NCBI RefSeq assembly: GCF_963921235.1
Contig: NC_086098.1
Span: 8,928,001 to 8,992,000 of the forward strand
Length of the DNA stretch: 64,000 nucleotides
Direction: 5' to 3'
Origin: Mobula hypostoma
Lineage: Eukaryota
Of this stretch, positions 52,468 through 64,000 are shown one piece after another. The position numbers and the translations under genes were made by a program. Under the pieces are notes generated by a model. It was not told the origin of the DNA. It saw only the letters and a list, made by a program, of their open reading frames with translations, and did no database searches. Positions within the stretch are counted from its first letter, which is position 1. The number at the start of each line of letters is the position of its first letter.

Positions 52468-53134
52468 CAGTCCGCCCTCCATATCCATGTGTTCCGCATC
52501 CGCAGATTCAACCAACTGCGGATCGAAAATATATGGGGGAAAAAAGTCAGAAAGTTCCAAAAAGCAAAACTTGAATTTGCCGCGCGCCGAGCACTAAGCT
52601 GAACCCACGTGAATGAAGTGATGTGTAGGCATACCCTGCTGTAGTCTCCCGCCATCTCACAGATCCTCAGTCTCTCTCCAGCACTCATTGTTTGAGCATT
52701 GTCCGCCTCGCATCTCGTTCGCTACTTGTGTTGTGAATGAGAGGAAGGAGTTTAAGGCTAGTAAGGGATGGCTGGCTATGTAAAGCGCTACAGCCTCAAG
52801 AACTTAAAGATCGCGGGAGAATCGGCATCGGCTGACGCCGAGGCAGCATCAGCGTTCCCAGAAGAGCTACGATGGTTGCGTTTGAACTGAACATGTAGAC
52901 TTTTTTTCTTGTCATTATTCCCTAAACAATACAGTATAACAACTATTTACATAGCATTTACATTGTATTAGGTATTATAAGTAATCTAGAGATGATTTAA
53001 TGTATACGGGAGGATGTGCGTAGGTTATATGCAAATACTACACCATTTTATATAAGGGACTTGAGCATCCGCGGATTTTGGTATCCCCGGGGGGGTCCTG
53101 GAACCAATCCCCAGCGGATACCGAGGGACGACTG
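52468..53134 (+). mobile_element. Tigger/pogo internally deleted element (MER2-like)
   Basis: TA flanks on both sides. TIRs cagtccgccctccatatcc / ggataccgagggacgactg. Transposase remnant EFKASKGWL..KRYSLKNLKIAGESASAD at 52739-52868. Confidence 0.9.
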
Positions 53135-54239
53135 TATGCATATTACAAAAAGCATTTAAAATGCCATGCAGTTCAAAGTTCAGAGTACATTTATTATTGA
53201 AGTATGCATGCAGTATAGAACCCTGAGATTCGTGTTCCCTTGAAACAAAGTAACACCATGGAACCCGTTCAAAGAAAACATCAAACACCCAATGCACGAG
53301 AAAAAGAACAAATTGTGCAAATGGCAAAAAGCAAGCGAACAACAGATAAAATATCAAACATCAACCCATAGAACCTGTACAAAGAAAACGTCAAACACCC
53401 AAAGCGCAAACAAATCACACGAATGGAAAAGAACTAGTGAAAAACACAGAATATAAAAGATCAAACCACAGTTTAGTTCAGTTCAGTTCAACTTACCACT
53501 GTTACTCGTTGACTGCAGGCCACAGAGTCAATCTGCCCTGATCAAATTTGCACAAAATAACAAGGAGCAATAAAAAGGAGTAACCTGAAACCAAAGCACA
53601 TTACAAGATGAACTACAGAGCCCAATGCGTAAACCACATTGATTAAACCTTGCCCAAGTCCCAAGGCTCCGTCACCATCCTCTGGGAGCAGAGAGAGAGA
53701 GAGAGAGAGAGACCAGTGCTCATGTAGGTAAACAGCATTGAACACCTACTCGCTTTCCACTCTTGTCCTTGTTGATTTCAGGCCAGGTAAATATTTCCTG
53801 TGCAGAGGAATAGTTGGTCTGCACAGCTGTAAAAACAATTAGAGGGAGCTTTGTTGCTGCCTACACCCTGGTTCTGCTCATGGCTGTTCAGTTTAATGTC
53901 AGACTCCTGATGTAGGAAATTACCCCTCTGTTGTTGAATTGTGCTCTGCAAGACAGCCAGCCATTGATTCTCCATACAGTGCCCTGAAATATCCTGTGTT
54001 TCAGATCTGGCCCTGTGAGGTATGAATCAGCAGTCAGCAGGGACCATACCCCAAGCTCTTTCAGTCAAGTATTAATTAGGTGGATGATTATTCTAGACGG
54101 GTCTGGAGCACGCATGCACTTGAAAACTACAAAAATATATACGATGATGCAATACTGTGTATTTTCCGATTACCACGCACAAAGCTGGAATTTAAAAAGA
54201 TTTAAGTTTTAACTCAAGGCTTGTTTACATGAGAATACA

Positions 54240-54815
54240 TGAGGGTCAGAGCTGTCTCTATTTCTTGAGGAGACTGAGGTCCTTTAACATCTGCTGGACG
54301 ATGCTGAGGATGTTCTACGAGTCTGTGGTGGCCAGTGCTATCATGTTTGCTGTTGTGTGCTGGGGCAGCAGGCTGAGGGTAGCAGACACCAACAGAATCA
54401 ACAAACTCATTTGTAAGGCCAGTGATGTTGTGGGGATGGAACTGGACTCTCTGACGGTGGTGTCTGAAAAGAGGATGCTGTCCAAGTTGCATGCCATCTT
54501 GGACAATGTCTCCCATCCACTACATACTGTACTGGGTGGGCACAGGAGTACATTCAGCCAGAGACTCATTCCACCGAGATGCAACACAGAGCGTCATAGG
54601 AAGTCATTCCTGCCTGTGGCCATCAAACTTTACAACTCCTCCCTTGGAGGGTCAGACACCCTGAGGCAATAGGCTGGTCCTGGACTTATTTCCTGGCATA
54701 ATTTACATATTACTATTTAACTGTTTATGGTTTTATTACTATTTAATTATTTATGGTGCAACTGTAACGAAAACCAATTTCCCCTGGGATCAATAAAGTA
54801 TGACTATGACTATGA
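54240..54815 (+). mobile_element. Rex1 3' fragment (open ORF)
   Basis: LYFLRRLRSFNIC..FYESVVASAI.FAVVCWG..SFLPVAIKLYN, with a (tatgac)n tail. Confidence 0.9.
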
Positions 54816-55042
54816 TTAATACAGAATCAGAATTATAAAGGCAGAACCAGGTCCTTTGACCACTACGTCAGCTTGAACTCCTATCTGCACATATCCACTT
54901 CAAGTTCAAGTTTATTGTCATTCACCATACACATACACAACTAAATGAAACATTTTCCCTCTGAGGCCAAGGTGCAAACCATAGTCGCACAGTTTACGTT
55001 TCCCAATCTGATATACCAAAGGTCAAAAGATATTACATTATT

Positions 55043-55345
55043 CTTCATGCCATCAGGTTGGAGGCTACACAGACAGAATATAAGGTGTTGCTCCTCTAAC
55101 CTGAATGTGGCTTCATCTTGACGGTAGTGGAGGCTGTGGATAGACATATCAATATTTTGGGTCTCCCCCTCCCCCTCCCACTTCCAAATCTCTTACTATC
55201 TCTTCTTTCAGTTAGTCCTGATGATGGGTCTCGGCCCAAAGCGTTGACTGTACCTCTTCCTCTGGATGCTGCCTGGCCTGCTGTGTTCCACCAGCATTTT
55301 GTGTGCTTTGCTTGAATTTCCAGCATCTGCAGATTTTCTCGTCTT
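55043..55345. mobile_element. PLE fragment: antisense endonuclease C-terminus joined to a sense terminal repeat
   Basis: Minus ORF RLEEQHLIF.L.SLQPDGM (55043-55150), then plus-strand agtcctgatgatgggtctcggcccaaagcgttgactg. Confidence 0.8.
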
Positions 55346-55485
55346 TACATTATTCTTCCACGGATTTTCCATCATCTTCTTCTGCTGTTTTTTGTCCCTT
55401 GTTTCATAGTGAAGATAATTCATCAGCCCTTTCCTTCATTCGTTCTATCCCAATAAAGTTGAGATTAACTTTGTTCAACTAAAGT

Positions 55486-56168
55486 TGAGGAGAAGATGGT
55501 GGCGCGACACAGCTTGCACAGCCACTCCGGTGAATGATATCTGTAATCTGTCAAGTAGGGTGCCGTGCACAATCCTGATTTGATGGAGACAGATGTGAGA
55601 GAGCGGAGGAACATCTGGAGAAACTTCTGAAATGCCTTTTTCATTGCTGCTGCTACTGTGTGATCCAGAATTTCCAGAGGGGAAGGCCCCGAGTCCTCGG
55701 CTTTGCTTGTTGCTCGGCGGCTGGGCCAGGGTCGAAGCGCTTGGCAGAGATGGTGCTCGGTGCTCGGTGTCGAAGGACTGGTCGGAAGCTCGAAGTTTTC
55801 GGACGGGATCAGAGTCGGCTGTGGTCGGGTGCTTCCAATGCATCGACAGTTGTCGGCGCCTGGAAGTTTACGGCAGGGAGAGTTTCTCCTTCTGCCGCCT
55901 GCTATCGGGGACCATCAGGAGTCGATCAGAACTTTGAGACCTTTTTTTACCGTGCCCGTGGTCTGCTCTTTATCAAATTATGGTATTGCTTTGCACTGTT
56001 GTAACTATATGTTATAATTATGTGGTCTTGTCAGTGTTAGTCTTTGGTTTGTCCTGTTTTTTGTTTGTGATATCACTCTGAAGGAACATTGTATCATTTC
56101 TTAATGCACGCATGCATTTCTAAATGACAATAAACGAGGACTGAGTGTCCTCATAATCTAATCTAATA
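55486..56168 (+). mobile_element. Non-coding interspersed repeat (non-autonomous LINE derivative)
   Basis: aagatggtggcg 5' end, AATAAA, a small gaggac..gtcctc hairpin and an (aatct)n tail. Sister of 23275-23925. Confidence 0.75.
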
Positions 56169-56332
56169 AGAAACAGGAGCAAGAGTAGGCTATCTGGCTG
56201 GGTGAGCCTGCTCCACCATTCAATAAGGTCATGGCTGATCTGGCCATATTTGAACCACTCCTTGAAACATCAAAACACACAGTGAAATGTGTCATTTGCC
56301 ACAATGTCCATCACAGTCCAAGGATATGCTTA

Positions 56333-56615
56333 GGGTGGCTTGGTAGCTAGTGGTTAGCACAACGCTTTACAGTAGCAGTGACCTGCGTTCAATTCCCACT
56401 GCTGCCTGCGAGGAGTTTTTATGTTCTCCCCGTGACTGTGTGGGTTTCCTCCGGGTGCTCCAGTTTCCTCCCACAGTCCAAAGACATACCAGTCAGTAGG
56501 TTAATTGGGCATTGTAAATTGTCCCGTGAATAGGCTCGGGTTAAATTGGGGGATTGCTGAGTGCCGTGGCTCAAAGGGCTGGAAGGGGCTATTCTGTGCT
56601 GTATCTCAATAAATA
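56333..56615 (+). mobile_element. V-SINE/HE1-like SINE
   Basis: tagtggttagc A box and gttcaattccc B box. V-domain-like gtgggtttcctccgggtgctccagtttcctcccaca, with a tatctcaataaat tail. Relatives at 38020-38255(-), 41300-41525(-) and 48245-48455(+). Confidence 0.8.
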
Positions 56616-56792
56616 ATTAACTGTGTGTTGCCATGCTTCAGGTACCAACATTGCAGGCCTACAACTCACTAAACTCACTAACCCTAACCCATACATCTGT
56701 GGAATGTGGGAGGAAACGCATAAACTCCTTAGAGACAGAGCTGGGAATTGAAGACCAAAAAATCTGCAGCTGCTGGAAATCCAAAGCAACAT

Positions 56793-56793
<1 letters not shown>

Positions 56794-56885
<92 letters not shown>
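56794..56885. repeat. (CA)n microsatellite with internal (CG)n, expanded inside a PLE terminal repeat
   Basis: Direct inspection. The usual acacacac run of the repeat is expanded here. Confidence 0.95.
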
Positions 56886-56887
<2 letters not shown>

Positions 56888-57489
56888 GCTGCAGGAACTC
56901 AGCAGGCCGGGCAGCATCTATGGAAAAGAGTAAACAGTAGACGTTTCAGACTGAGACCCTTCATGTTGTGTGTGTTGGCAGGAACTGAATCGGGTCACTG
57001 GTACCGTAAAGTATTACACTAACCGCTATGCCTCTGCGCCGCACCGGCAAGTTGGGCTTTTGTTAGCGTACTTTGTGCTGTGATGTCTCTAATATTGAAT
57101 CACAACTCACTCTATTGATTTTGCACCACTTTTAAAATAGATGTTTCCATATGACATGCAAGTTCAAAACTCTAACTTTACTGGTGCTCGGAGGAGCAGA
57201 AACCACTTCACTTATCTATTGATGGGCTGAGTTGTTGCATGTTAATGCAAGTTTAGCAACTGCACGTGCTTTATTACTCAATTTCATAATTTCATCCCCT
57301 AAATAACAGCCAGTAAATAGCAGATGCTTACAGACTGGTCACTCATTGGTGTGCTCATTTTTAATCCAAAATACTTGATTGAATTATGTGCTAAAGTTAT
57401 CAAGAATGTAGCTATTATCCATTATAATATTTGCACGTTAACAGAGATTTCATACACATAGGGCGGTTTTAGACAAAGATAACAAGTCA

Positions 57490-58460
57490 AAATCAGAATC
57501 AGATTTAGTAAACCGACATATGTCATGAAATTTGTCAACTTTATGGCAGCAGTGCAATGGAATACATGATAAATAAATATAGAGAAAAACTGAGTTACAT
57601 TAAATATATGTCTATTGACAGTTAAAAGAGGTTGTGCAAAAAACAGAAATAAAGAAGTAGTGAGGTAATGTTCATGGGTTCAATGTCCATTTCAAAATCG
57701 GATGACTGAGGGGATGAAGCTGTTCCTGAGTCACTGAGTGTGTGCCTTCGGGCTCCTGTACCTCCTTCCCAACAGTAACAGCATGAAGAGGGCATGTCCT
57801 GGGTGCTGGGGGTCCTTAATGATGGACATCACCTTCCTAAGGCACCGCTCCTTGAAGATGTCTTGGATACTACGAAGGCTGGTACCCATTAGCTGACTAA
57901 TTTCACAAGTTGTTGCAACCCTTTTCAGTCCTGTGCCATAGACCCACCCACACCATACCAGATGATGATGCAGCCAGTCAGAATGCTCTCCAAAGTACAT
58001 TGTAGAAGTTTTTGAGTGTTTTAGTTGACAAACCAAATCTCGGAATCAGAATCAGGTTTATTATCATCAACATGTGTCGTGAAATTTGTTAACTTAGCAG
58101 CAGCAGTTCAATGCAATACATAGTATAGAAAATAATTAATTAATAACAGCATACTTATATTGAATCTCCTCAAACTCCTTATGAAATATAGTCTCCCTCT
58201 TGCCTTTTTTATAGCTGCATCCAGGTTAGGTCCTTGGAGATACTGACACCCAGGAACTTGAAATTCCTCACTCTCTCCACTTCTGATCCCTCTATTGGTT
58301 TGTGTTCTCTCATCTTACCCTTCCTAAAGTTCACAATCAGCTCTTTGGTCTTATTGACATTGAGTGCAAGGTTATTGCTGCGTCACCATTCAATTCACTG
58401 TTACATCTCACTCCTGTATGCCCTTTCATCAACATTTGAAATTCTGCCAACAAGGGAATC
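57490..58460 (-). mobile_element. L2/Rex-Babar-like fragments
   Basis: IIKDPQHPGHALF.LL..GRRYRS, antisense LNVNKTKELIV, and (tcagaa)n tails. Confidence 0.75.
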
Positions 58461-58872
58461 TTGATTTTCAAGAGATACTGAGGCCCTGTCTAAGCTATAT
58501 AAAAAAAAGAGGCAGCTAGGAACAAATGAGGTGTTTATGGAGTATAAGAAATGCAAGAAAATACTTAATCAAGAGGGCTAAAAGAAACCTTAGCAGGTTG
58601 CCTTAGCACACAAGGTGAAAGAGAATCTTAAGGGATTCTACAGATATATTAAGTGCAAAAGGATTGCAAGGGACAAAATTGGACTCCAGAAGATCAGACT
58701 GGTAATCTATGTGTACAGCCAAAGCAGATAGGGGAGATCTTAAATGAATTTTTTTGCACCTGTATTTACTCAGGAGATGGACACAGAGTCTATAGAAATG
58801 AGTCTATGAGGCAAAACAGCATCAACTTCAAGGACCCTGTACAAATTACAGAGGAGGAGGTGTTTGCTGACC

Positions 58873-61800
58873 CAGGGGCGGCTCTAAGGTGGTGCTAGCT
58901 GGGGCTATAGCCCCAGCAGAAATTACAATAGCACCAGCGTAGGCACCACCAAGAAATTAACTGCAGCTGCTTTGCTTTCTCTGGGTAGTTTTGAATACAG
59001 CTTGTTTCTCCAGTTGATCTAGTGAAACAGCGCCCCCAATTACCATAGCACCCACGCAGCAATAAAGTTATAAACTCTGTCAGATCCACTCTACACTTCT
59101 GCTTATTCGTTCGTTGTCAATGTCTTGCCGTTGCTGTCCTCAGATCAGTTAAGCTGATCTAAGATCACTTAAGGTGGTGATGTCACTCACTCTCACTCAC
59201 ACGAGAGATTGATAGTATACATCCAGGCGCAGATCCGTGGTCTTGCGAGACTAACGGATGCCACACGTGCACACTGTGCTTTTACAAGCGAGCGTCGACC
59301 TGGCACGTGCATTGTTTTGGCCGGCGTGAAAAATGGATCGATTTTTAGTCAGAAAACAACCTCATCCAGAGGGATCAGTGGTGTCTCAGCCTAAGCATGT
59401 CTTAATTGAAAGTGACATGCAGAAAGGAGTAAGTGGGGATGAGGACGACAGCAGTTCATCGAAGGAGCGTGAGGGTGAAATAGAGGAACAAGAAATGGAG
59501 TGGGATTGAGAAGAGAACGTGGATGAAGCTGCTCTCAGTGCGAGTGGGAATACTGTTAGCGATGTTAGCCAGCAGCCTGAGGAAGGACCCCGTCGGCCAG
59601 CATTGAAAAAGTACCGTTCGCAACAGCTTGGCAATCAGCAAGGGAGTTTTATTCATGGCTGGTTTGACCTGTACTCCTGGCTGGAATATTCAATCACAAA
59701 AGATGCTACGTTCTGCTTCGCATGCAGGCATTTCCTGTGTGGAGGACATGGGTTCCATTCTGAGTCTACCTTTACTGTCACCGGTTACCGCAACTGACGG
59801 AAAGCTACAGCAGCTTTAAAAACCCACCATGTAAGTGCAGCTCATAAGTTTGTGATGGAGGCATGGGCCAAATTCAGATTGAGAAAACAAGACGGTTCAA
59901 GATTGGGAAATATGCTTGACAAAGGACATGCAAAGATTGTCCAAGGAAATCGTGAGTATATGAGAGCAGTGGCTGAGTCTCTACGCTATACTGCGTGCCA
60001 AGGCATTGCCAAGCGAGGACACCGGGAGAATGATGGATCTGGCAACAGGGGAAACTTTGTTGAGTTGCTTAGTGTAATTGGGAAGTTTGATAAGACTGTA
60101 GCTAAAAAAATAGAGGACAATCCTGGAAATGCCAAAAACACCCATCATGATATCCAAAATGAAATTATGGGTATTATGGCAGATATGGTCAGACGTCAAA
60201 TAAGTGCAGGAATCAAGGAGGCTGGATATTTTGCCATCATGGTGGATGAAATTAAAGACTTGAGTAAAAAGGAGAAAATATCAGTGATGGTGCTGTATTT
60301 GAATAACAAAACAGTGCTTGAAGAATTCTTGCACTTCACTCCAGCAGAAGGGTTGGATGCAGAGTCGCTTCTCAAAAGCATTGAACAGACACTCGCCCAG
60401 TGTGTTATTGATAAGAACGCGTGTATAGGTCAGTGTTATGACGGAGCGGCAGTGATGTCCGGGTGCAATAACGAGGTACAAGAGAGGTTCAGGAAAGAGG
60501 CCCCTCAGGCATTATATACACTGCTATGCTCACAGACTTGACCTTGTTTTAGTGGATGTTGTGAGCAATGTACCACAAGCGGGTGAGTTTTTTGAAACTG
60601 TGCGGCTGCTTTACAACTTCTTTTCAAACTCTGTTGCCCACGATCTTTTCATGAAGAAACAGAGAGAACTGGAATCAACTGCACAGCCCGTGGAGTTGAA
60701 ATTGTCAGATACACGCTGGGCATGGCAGTATACAGCTTTGTGGGCTATGAGGAAATCACTCCCTGCCATTCTAGCTACACTACAGGATATTATGGGTCAA
60801 CCAAATGCAGGGAGGAAAACGGAGGCCAGAGCAGTAAATGGACTGATTGACGAGCAGTTTGCTTTACTACTCATTCTGTTTGAGGATTTATTCCAAGTCA
60901 CCAAGTTCATGTCAGACCAGCTACAATCTCCCAGTTTGGAGCTTTCATCCGCTGTGGACTTGGCTCAGTCTGTTATCGATGCACTCTCAGCAAAACGGGG
61001 AGAGGAATCATGGAGTGAAATTCAGACGTGAGCTGGGGACCTGTGCATTAAGGCCGGTATACAGAGCAGACCACATGAAAGGAGACAGGCCCAGCCACCC
61101 CGCCGCCTACATGATTTTGTTGTTGAGGCCTAAACTGAACGCACACCTGTCACATCCTCTGATGACCTTCGCAAGCACTGTTTCTATCCAGTTATAGACA
61201 GACTTCTGACTGAAATGAAAAGACGGTTCTCAGTTGACACTGGGAGTGTTCTGACTGGAGTCTCAGCATTGAGTCCTAAACACAAGTTCTTCCTAGACAA
61301 GAATTGCCTTTGGCCAATGGCCCAATACTATGGAGTGACTGAAGTGAACCTGACTGCAGAGCTACATCAGGTTCGGCGTCTGCTGGAAACAAAACAAAAG
61401 CAAGGACAGAGAGTGAATTTCTAGTGAATTTCTAGTCTAATGAGACCCTACCGCGATGCATTTATAGAGTTATACAAACTAATCTGCATATCACTGACTC
61501 TGCCTGTTACATCTGCCTCATGCAAATGGAGTTTCTCTTGCCTCAGACACATCAAGACTACTTAAGGAATAGCAGCGACGATGCTCGGAACAGCAACTTG
61601 GCTCTGTTGGCCATAAACAGCTGGAGGACCAAAGCACTTGACATCCAGAAAATCATTGATGCTTTCACCACCAATCACACCAGACGGATTGTGCTTCTTT
61701 GAAAACATCAATGGTAAGTGCAGTTGATTTTTTTTTAATTTGGGCCAAGACTAATGCTGATTATTATTATTATTTTGTGGTGGATACCCCATAGTCCTTA

Positions 61801-62417
61801 TGTTTCCTGCAAGTCCTAAAATATTACATTTACTGCTATTAAGCCTACTGGTTTTGCTTATACTTCCAAGCAGTGATTCTGTTGATTTTTGTTTTAAGTT
61901 CAACAGCCGAATTAATTGAGGTACTGCATGGTCAGAGTACGATTTGTCCAACTCCTGGTAAAGGCTTGCATCTGTTGTTTGCCTTATTTGACTTTAATAA
62001 CGGTGTATCTTTTGGCATTGCTATCTGTGTAATGCGAATAGCAGTGGGTTTGTGTTGTGTTTTTCAGTTGAAAAGCTGCATTTGACGCTGATTGCGGGAT
62101 TGGTGCGTGATTCACGTTGTCCGCTGTTGCTCGGATGCTCTGTTTGTTTTTTTTTGTTTATGCTCCGTGTAGCCCAGGTTGTCTCCGATGCTGTTGACAC
62201 AATAAGTTCTCTTCTATATTAGATCTATCAATTGCTGTTGCTTGTGAATCAACAGAGGCATTTATAGTAGGCACATAATGCTTAAAACTGACTTCTTAAT
62301 GCCACGTGTCTGGCCTTGCGAATACATATTACCAAACAGTGCATCCCTCAGCTCCATCACTGAATAATTCAGCCCCTCCGTAGCACCAGCAAGAAAACAT
62401 CTCTGGCGCCGCTGCTG
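58873..62417 (+). mobile_element. Complete-ended hAT DNA transposon (Tip100/ZMYM1-like), 3545 bp
   Basis: Imperfect TIRs caggggcggctcta / ctggcgccgctgctg. 8-bp TSD tgctgacc at 58865-58872 and 62418-62425. Confidence 0.92.
59333..61702 (+). pseudogene. Disrupted hAT transposase
   Basis: WLEYS..DATFCFACRHF (TTF-type Zn finger), RGHRE..NRGNFVELL, FAIMVDE, GQCYDGAAVMSG, HCYAHRL, SDTRW, TLPVTSASC. Stops at about 59507, 59795, 61029 and 61130, plus frameshifts. The start position is a guess. Confidence 0.88.
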
Positions 62418-64000
62418 TGCTGACCTGAGGCAAAACAGGGTGACTAAATCCCTAGGGCCTGAGAAGGTGTTCCCTTGGAGCCTGTGGCAGAAATCGCAGG
62501 GGTCCTAGCAGAGACATTTAAATCATCCATAGTGACAGGAGAGGTAGCAGAGGATTTGAAGATAGGGTAATGTTGTTTGGCTGTTTAAGAAAGGCTCTAA
62601 AAGTAAACCAGGAAATTATAAGCCAGTGAGCTTGACATCATAGTGGGAAAGTTATTGGAAGATATTCTAAGGGACTGGATATATGAATATTTGGGTGGAT
62701 ATGGACTGATTAGGGATAGTCAGCATGGGCTTGTGCATTGTAGGTCAAGTCTAACCAAACTTATAGAGAAAGTTAGCAGGAAACTTGATGATGACAAGGC
62801 AGTGGATATTGTCTTCATGGATTTTAGTAAGGCATTTGACTAGGTCCCACATGGGAGGTTAGTCAGGAAGATTCAGTCATTTGGCATTCAAGATTCAAAG
62901 CAAAGGAGTGCCCCAAAGAATGAACAACAGTTAAATGTTAGAACCCCAAAGTCCCCCCACCCCCAGCTCCCCTCCCTCCCGCATGTAAGCATCAGCACCT
63001 GCTACCAAGCACTCAAGCGTCAGCAAAGCAATAGCAAAGACACAGACTTACAATTACCCAAAAGACTTCGCGTTTCATCCGGTATACGACATATCACAGG
63101 CTCTCTCTCTCCCTAATAAAGGAGAAGGAGATGTCTGTTTTCCCAGCGAGTGGGGAGACATAACAAACAACTCACTGGTTTATGATGTTAGAAGTCCATT
63201 GTGTCACTTTTTTCAAGCTCTGTGCCTGAAAATCACGAAGGTCCTGGGTCTCCAGGCATAGATATTTCAACTCCCCTGACGACACACGGGCCTCCTGCTG
63301 TGACACCAACTCCCGATCCACCGATCCTCGATGTGCCCAAACAACAGCCAGTTGTCAAACCCCGAGAGCAGGTCCCAGTCCTGTAAAGAACCAAAGTCAG
63401 CATCTAACTCCAGGTCCGGGTCTTCAAAAGAACCCTGCAAGGGAAAAATACAGATAGTAAAGATAGAAATAGAACTGGCCTTCATAAATCAAAGTATTGA
63501 GTACAGGAGATAGGATGTTACATTGACGTTGTATACGACGGTGGTGAGGCCCAATTTGGAGTATTGTGTGCAGTTTTGGTCGACTACCCACAGAAAAGAT
63601 CTAAGTAAGGTTGAAAGAGTACAGAGAAAATTTACAAGTATTTTGCTGGGACTGGAGGACCTGAGTTATAATGAAAGAGTGAATTGGTTCAGACTTTATT
63701 CCTTGAAATGTAGAATATTTGATAGAGATATACAAAATTATGAGGGATATAGGTAGGGTAAATACAAGCAGGCTTTTTCCACTGAGGTTAGTGGGACTAA
63801 TATAAGAGGTCATGGGTTAAGGGTGAGAGGTGAAAAGTTTAAGGGAAACTTCTTCATTCAGAGAGTCTTGAGAGTGTGGAATGATCTACCTGCACAAGTG
63901 GTGCATGCGAGCTCGATTTCAGTATTTAAGAGAAGGTTGGATAGGTGAATAAGCAGTAGGGCATGGAAGGCTATGCTCCAGTGCAGGTCAATGGGAGTAG

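Larger units (their letters stand above)
58470..64000 (+). mobile_element. CR1 ORF2 host, split by the hAT element and by a repeat at about 62890-63460
   Basis: ITEEEVFAD|LRQNRVTKSLGP rejoins across the TSD. Also GNYKPVSLTS, VFMDFSKAFD and VRPNLEYCVQFW. Confidence 0.85.

Noticed and set aside
56589..57022. ORFs with CV/HT repeats
   Set aside because: Translations of a (CA)n microsatellite.
59852..61031. Host ZMYM1-like gene
   Set aside because: Intronless, disrupted and enclosed by TIRs with an 8-bp TSD, so it is a transposon.

Overview
Repeat-saturated eukaryotic DNA, intergenic or deep-intronic. The repeat mix is CR1 and L2/Rex1-Babar LINEs, HE1/V-SINE-like tRNA SINEs, Neptune-type Penelope-like elements (PLEs), L1, R4/Dong, hAT and Tc1/mariner/Tigger. 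This resembles a vertebrate and most likely a cartilaginous fish (shark or ray); that assignment is inference only. No host protein-coding gene could be supported, and nearly all listed ORFs are transposon fragments or antisense noise. Highlights: (1) PLE terminal repeats carry a minimal type I hammerhead ribozyme motif (CUGANGA-stem II-GAAACGUC). It occurs in more than a dozen dispersed, inverted and tandem copies, one sitting in the loop of a 57-bp hairpin with a 15-bp TSD. (2) A Tigger MITE strongly resembles the mammalian MER2 consensus as I recall it, making it a horizontal-transfer candidate. (3) A complete-ended 3.5-kb hAT element has an 8-bp TSD. (4) A PLE is nested in an R4/Dong LINE. 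(5) Palindromic mariner and Tc1 MITEs are present. (6) A young 5'-truncated L1 has a 16-bp TSD. Family names come from recognising motifs by eye, not from database searches, and boundaries without a TSD are approximate.
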